A DNA stretch of 40,388 nucleotides from Casimicrobiaceae bacterium (GTDB taxonomy: Bacteria > Pseudomonadota > Gammaproteobacteria > Burkholderiales > Casimicrobiaceae): contig JBDTLY010000001.1 in the NCBI GenBank assembly GCA_039934535.1, positions 1 through 40,388 of the forward strand. Direction: 5' to 3'. Positions 36,319-40,388 of this stretch are shown in pieces (the stretch's first letter is position 1; every line of letters begins with the position of its first letter). Made by a program: the position numbers and the translations under genes. The notes under the pieces are model-generated. The model was not told the DNA's origin, did not search any database, and saw nothing but the letters and a program-made list of their open reading frames with translations.

Positions 36319-38409
36319 CTAGCTTGCCAGTTTCGAGATGTCGGCGACGCGATTCATGGTACTCGCGATGCCGCGCAGCAGCGCGAGCCGGTTCGCACGT
36401 ATGGCGGGATCGTCGGCCATGACCATCACGTCGTCGAAAAAGCGGTCGACGGCGGGTTTGGCGGTGGCAAGCGCCTTCAGCGCCGACGAGAAATCCCCCC
36501 GCCCGCAATCGGCGTCGACGGCGGGTTCGAGCTCCTGAAAGGCGAGCCACAGGTCGTGCTCGGCGCCCGCCTCGAGCCGGCCGCGGTCGACCGCGCTCGC
36601 CGCTTCGGATTCGGACTTCTTCAGGATGTTGACGATCCGCTTGTTCGCGGCGGCGAGCGCGCCGGATTCGGGCAGCGCTTCGAACGACTGCACGGCGGCG
36701 AGGCGCGCGGGCACGAGGTGGATGTCGGCGGGCGCGCCGTCGACGACGGCGGCGATCTGGTTGGCGGTGTAGCCCTGGTCGCGCAGGTAGCCGCGCAGCC
36801 GGTCGTAGATGAAGCTCGCGAGTTCGGGGCTCGCGTCCTTCACCGCCGGGACGTCGTCGAACGCCTTGAACGCAAGCGCCGTGAGGACCGGGAGCGACAG
36901 CGCGAGTTGTTTCTCGATCAGGATGCGGATCACGCCGAGCGCTGCGCGGCGCAGCCCGAACGCGTCCTTGTCGCCCGTCGGCACCTGCCCGATGCCGAAC
37001 ATGCCGGCAAGCGTTTCGAGCTTGTCGGCGAGCGCGACGGCTTGCGCAACGCCGCTTTCCGGGAGCGCATCTCCGGCGAAGCGCGGCCAGTAGTGCTGCG
37101 CGATCGCGTCGGCAACCACCCCGGCCTCGCCATCGTGCTGCGCGTAATAGCGGCCCATGACTCCCTGCAGCTCCGGGAATTCGCCGACCATGTCGGTGAC
37201 GAGATCGGCCTTGGCGAGTTGCGCCGCGCGGTCGGCGGCGGCGGGGTCGGCGCCGATCATTGCCGCAATCGCCTTGGCAATGCAACGCACGCGATCCATG
37301 CGGTCCGCCTGCGTTCCGAGCTTGTTGTGAAAGACGATGCTGCGCAGGCGGTCGACGCGTGCCTCGAGCTTTGTCTTGCGGTCCTGGTCGTAGAAAAAGC
37401 GGGCATCGGAAAGGCGCGCGCGCAGCACGCGCTCGTTGCCCTGGATGATCGCCGCCGGGTCGGCCGGCGCGAGGTTGCTGACCAGCAGGAACCGGTTGAT
37501 GAGGCGCCCGGCCGTGTCGGCGAGCGCGAAATAGCGCTGGTTCGCCTGCATCGTCAGGATCAGGCATTCCTGCGGCACCGAGAGAAACGCGGCGTCGAAC
37601 GTGCCCGCGAAGACCGCCGGCCACTCGACCAGCGCCGTCACCTCGTCGAGCAGCGCGTCCGGCATGATCACCGCCGCGCCGTCGGCGGCCTTCCCGAGTG
37701 CGGCGACGATCTGCGCCCGGCGTTCGGCGAAGCTCGCGACGACCTTGGCTTCCGCTTTCAGCGTCTCTTCGTACGCATCGGCCGTGGCGACGGCGAGATC
37801 CGGGCGACTGAGAAAACGATGACCCGAAGTGATTCGTCCGGCGGTCAGTCCCAACGCCGTGATTGGCACGATGTCGGCGCCGTGCAACGCCAGTAGTGAG
37901 TGCGCCGGCCGGACGAACTTCTGGTCGCTGTAGTAGCTGCCCGGGCCGGCGTAGCTCATGACTTTCGGAATCGGCAGCTTCGCGATTGCATCGTCGAGCG
38001 CGGCCTGCAATCCGGCGGCGAGCGCGACGCCTGGCGCAACGCCTTCGTGAAACAGCGCTTCAGCCTTGCCGTCGGACTCGCGCTTCAGCGACGACGCATC
38101 GGCAAGACCAAGCGCGGCCAGCTTTTTCGTCAAGGTTGACGTCGGCTGTCCGGCCGCGTCGAACGCAACGGAGACCGGTAGCAGCTTTTGCTTGAAGGGC
38201 TTGTGGGGCGACAGGGCCCGGATGTCCGCGACCTGCACTGCCAACCGCCGCGGCGTCGCAAAGGCCGTCACTTTGGCGTCGGCGAAAACGAAATCGCGCC
38301 TGCGCAATCCTGCGACGAGCGTCTCGGCAAACGCCTCGCCGAGCCGCTTCAGCGCCTTCGGCGGCAGCTCCTCGGTCAGGAGCTCCACGACGAGCGTCGC
38401 CATCGTCAC
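36319..38409 (-). CDS. glyS: Glycine--tRNA ligase beta subunit
   Basis: 696-aa ORF starting [20 protein letters not shown]. It overlaps the glyQ stop by 4 nt. Confidence 0.92.
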   Translation of the reverse strand: MTMATLVVELLTEELPPKALKRLGEAFAETLVAGLRRRDFVFADAKVTAFATPRRLAVQVADIRALSPHKPFKQKLLPVSVAFDAAGQPTSTLTKKLAALGLADASSLKRESDGKAEALFHEGVAPGVALAAGLQAALDDAIAKLPIPKVMSYAGPGSYYSDQKFVRPAHSLLALHGADIVPITALGLTAGRITSGHRFLSRPDLAVATADAYEETLKAEAKVVASFAERRAQIVAALGKAADGAAVIMPDALLDEVTALVEWPAVFAGTFDAAFLSVPQECLILTMQANQRYFALADTAGRLINRFLLVSNLAPADPAAIIQGNERVLRARLSDARFFYDQDRKTKLEARVDRLRSIVFHNKLGTQADRMDRVRCIAKAIAAMIGADPAAADRAAQLAKADLVTDMVGEFPELQGVMGRYYAQHDGEAGVVADAIAQHYWPRFAGDALPESGVAQAVALADKLETLAGMFGIGQVPTGDKDAFGLRRAALGVIRILIEKQLALSLPVLTALAFKAFDDVPAVKDASPELASFIYDRLRGYLRDQGYTANQIAAVVDGAPADIHLVPARLAAVQSFEALPESGALAAANKRIVNILKKSESEAASAVDRGRLEAGAEHDLWLAFQELEPAVDADCGRGDFSSALKALATAKPAVDRFFDDVMVMADDPAIRANRLALLRGIASTMNRVADISKLAS

Positions 38410-39296
38410 GCCGCCCTCCGGTGCTCGGGCGGCAACATCGGGAAGCCCAACGCTTCGCGCGATTCGACGTACGCGGTCGCCACCAACCGGGAGAGATTGC
38501 GGATGCGGCCGATATATGCCGCCCGCTCGGTCACCGAAATCGCACCGCGCGCGTCGAGCAGGTTGAACGTGTGCCCGGCCTTGAGGATCATTTCATACCC
38601 AGGCAGCGGCAGCTTCGCCTCCAGGAGCCGCTTTGCCTCGGATTCGAAGAACACGAACTGCTCGAACAGCTTTGGCACATTGGACTCGTCAAACGCGTAT
38701 TTCGACTGCTCGACCTCGTTTTGGAAGAAGACGTCGCGGTAGGACATCGCGTCGGTGTATTTGAGGTCGTAGACCGATTCGACGTCCTGCAGATACATCG
38801 ACATCCGCTCGAGGCCGTAGGTGATCTCACCGGTGATCGGATTGCAGTCGAGCCCGCCGACCTGCTGGAAATAGGTGAACTGCGTGATCTCCATGCCGTT
38901 CAGCCACACCTCCCAGCCGAGGCCCCAGGCGCCGAGGGTCGGATTTTCCCAGTCGTCCTCGACGAAGCGCACGTCGTTCTTCCTGAGGTCGAAGCCCAGC
39001 GCTGCGAGCGAGCCGAGGTAGAGATCTAGAATGTCGGGCGGCGACGGCTTCAGCACCACCTGGAACTGGTGATGCTGATGCAGGCGGTTGGGGTTTTCGC
39101 CGTAGCGTCCGTCCTTCGGCCGCCGCGACGGCTGCACGTACGCGGCGCGCCACGGCTCGGGGCCGAGCGCGCGCAGGAACGTGGCCGTGTGCGACGTGCC
39201 GGCGCCGACTTCCATGTCGTAGGGCTGCAGGAGCGCGCACCCTTGGCGGCCCCAGTAGTCCTGCAGCGTAAGGATGACCTGCTGAAACGTCAGCAT
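38406..39296 (-). CDS. glyQ: Glycine--tRNA ligase alpha subunit
   Basis: Highly conserved sequence: [49 protein letters not shown]...[15 protein letters not shown]. The track start at 39311 is a GTG five codons upstream. I prefer the ATG at 39296 by comparison with remembered homolog N-termini. Confidence 0.9.
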   Translation of the reverse strand: MLTFQQVILTLQDYWGRQGCALLQPYDMEVGAGTSHTATFLRALGPEPWRAAYVQPSRRPKDGRYGENPNRLHQHHQFQVVLKPSPPDILDLYLGSLAALGFDLRKNDVRFVEDDWENPTLGAWGLGWEVWLNGMEITQFTYFQQVGGLDCNPITGEITYGLERMSMYLQDVESVYDLKYTDAMSYRDVFFQNEVEQSKYAFDESNVPKLFEQFVFFESEAKRLLEAKLPLPGYEMILKAGHTFNLLDARGAISVTERAAYIGRIRNLSRLVATAYVESREALGFPMLPPEHRRAA

Positions 39297-39392
39297 CGAT
39301 TCATGAGGCACGGGCGAGGCCGGCCGAGCGTGACCAAAGACGTCGAGTTTACGGGTTTTCGCCTATCGGCCCAAATGGACCGCGGCCCGCTG

Positions 39393-40388
39393 TCACTCGA
39401 TCTCGACGTTGATCGCGTTGTCCTTCGGCCGCCGGTCGATCAGCTTGTTGAAGGGGTCGATCCCGGCCTTCGCCGGCTTCCTCGGCACCACCAGCGTGAA
39501 CGCGGTCTCTTCCTGCCCGATCTTCTTCTTCTCGAGGAAGAGCGCCTTGCCGTCGGCATCCAGCACGCCGATGTCGATCCAGTCGGCGAGCGGCGCGTCG
39601 GTTTCCTTGCCCAGCGCGTCGGCCTTGCGCTTTTTCGCGAACACCGTCAGCGCGACTTCGTACGTGCCATCCGGGAGCGCCTTCGCCTTCGCCGAGAGCG
39701 CGCGGTTGTCGTAGAGCGTGATCGTCTCGAAGAAGTCGTCGATCATGTATTGAAGATGCGGCGGCGTCACGGCGCGGATTTTCGCGAGCAGGTGCGACGC
39801 GCTCGAGTACGGCGGCCCCTTGAACGCCCAGTCGTCGCGGTATGCGCGGATCGCCTTGTTGAGGTTCTCCTCGCCGATGTAGTCCTGCAGCGCGTACATG
39901 ATGAGGCTGCCCTTGCGGTAATGGATGTAGGGCTGGTTCTCCACGCGGGAAAGCGGCAGCTCCTTCTTTTCCTCGGTGCTGCGGCCGAGCAGGTAGCGGT
40001 CGAGCTCGTAGCGCAGGAAGCGCTGCATCTTTTCCGGGCCGTATTTCTCCTTCATCACCATCAGCGCGGAGTACTGGGCCAGCGTCTCGACGAGAAACGT
40101 CTCGCCCTGCACGTTGCCGCCGGGCACCTGGTGACCCCACCACTGGTGCGCAAGCTCGTGCGCGGTGACGTAGTACGGGTAGTCGACATCCTCGGGGTCG
40201 TCGGGGCGCACGCGCGCGATGAAGCCGATGCCCTCCGAGTAGGGGATCGTATTCGGGAACGACTGCGCGAACGCCGCGTACCGCGGGAATTCGATGATCC
40301 GGAACTGCTTGTGCTGGTACGGTCCGAAGGCGGCGGTGAAATAGTCGAGCCCCGCCTTCGTCGCCGCGATCATCGTGTCGAGGTTGTA
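39393..40388 (-). CDS. M1 family metallopeptidase (aminopeptidase N-like); C-terminal part only, the N-terminus is off-window
   Basis: The frame stays open to the right edge (YNLDTMIAATKAGLDYF...). The zinc motif HELAHQWWGH with a downstream Glu is present. Confidence 0.85.
   Translation of the reverse strand, partial: YNLDTMIAATKAGLDYFTAAFGPYQHKQFRIIEFPRYAAFAQSFPNTIPYSEGIGFIARVRPDDPEDVDYPYYVTAHELAHQWWGHQVPGGNVQGETFLVETLAQYSALMVMKEKYGPEKMQRFLRYELDRYLLGRSTEEKKELPLSRVENQPYIHYRKGSLIMYALQDYIGEENLNKAIRAYRDDWAFKGPPYSSASHLLAKIRAVTPPHLQYMIDDFFETITLYDNRALSAKAKALPDGTYEVALTVFAKKRKADALGKETDAPLADWIDIGVLDADGKALFLEKKKIGQEETAFTLVVPRKPAKAGIDPFNKLIDRRPKDNAINVEIE

Overview
This is a 40.4 kb high-GC chromosomal segment, roughly two-thirds G+C by eye. 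Gene content and synteny look betaproteobacterial (Burkholderiales-like), for example glyQ-glyS-gmhB-plsC, rnhA next to a methyltransferase divergent from gloB, and cyaY divergent from lptM-lysA. All family calls come from motifs I recognise in the supplied translations; I ran no searches. I saw no rRNA, tRNA, CRISPR array, transposase or integrase.

Layout:
- 0-3.5 kb: a Crp/Fnr regulator (partial), a BON lipoprotein coupled to an AI-2E permease, an FMN reductase and several very small ORFs.
- 3.6-20.4 kb: a large, co-oriented fatty-acid degradation supercluster. It starts with a TetR repressor behind a PsrA-type operator. Then come fadE, a FadI-like thiolase, a FadJ-like hydratase/dehydrogenase, fadD, a YciA-like thioesterase and fadL. 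A second beta-oxidation pair follows, with a FadN-type enzyme of reversed domain order and a thiolase. The cluster ends in a tightly packed four-gene tail of unknown function: an exported chalcone-isomerase-fold protein, a DUF6352-like protein, an exported DUF6265-like protein and a small TPR protein.
- 20.4-27.8 kb: a looser accessory stretch. It holds an orphan family-5 solute-binding protein divergent from a class III cyclase-TPR protein, a secreted beta-helix protein, a MATE pump, and a GlcG/HbpS-like gene whose signal peptide is cut off by an in-frame TAG.
- 27.9-40.4 kb: housekeeping genes (rnhA, methyltransferase, gloB, mltD, lysA, lptM, cyaY, M48 peptidase, plsC, gmhB, glyS, glyQ, a partial M1 aminopeptidase). 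They are interrupted by a histone-H1-like Lys/Ala-rich gene built from 51-bp tandem repeats.

The best candidate for an undescribed system is the fad-linked tail at 17.8-20.4 kb. I interpret it as a possible envelope fatty-acid or lipid handling module, but that is inference only. The many very long ORFs antisense to, or out of frame with, real genes are high-GC artefacts.
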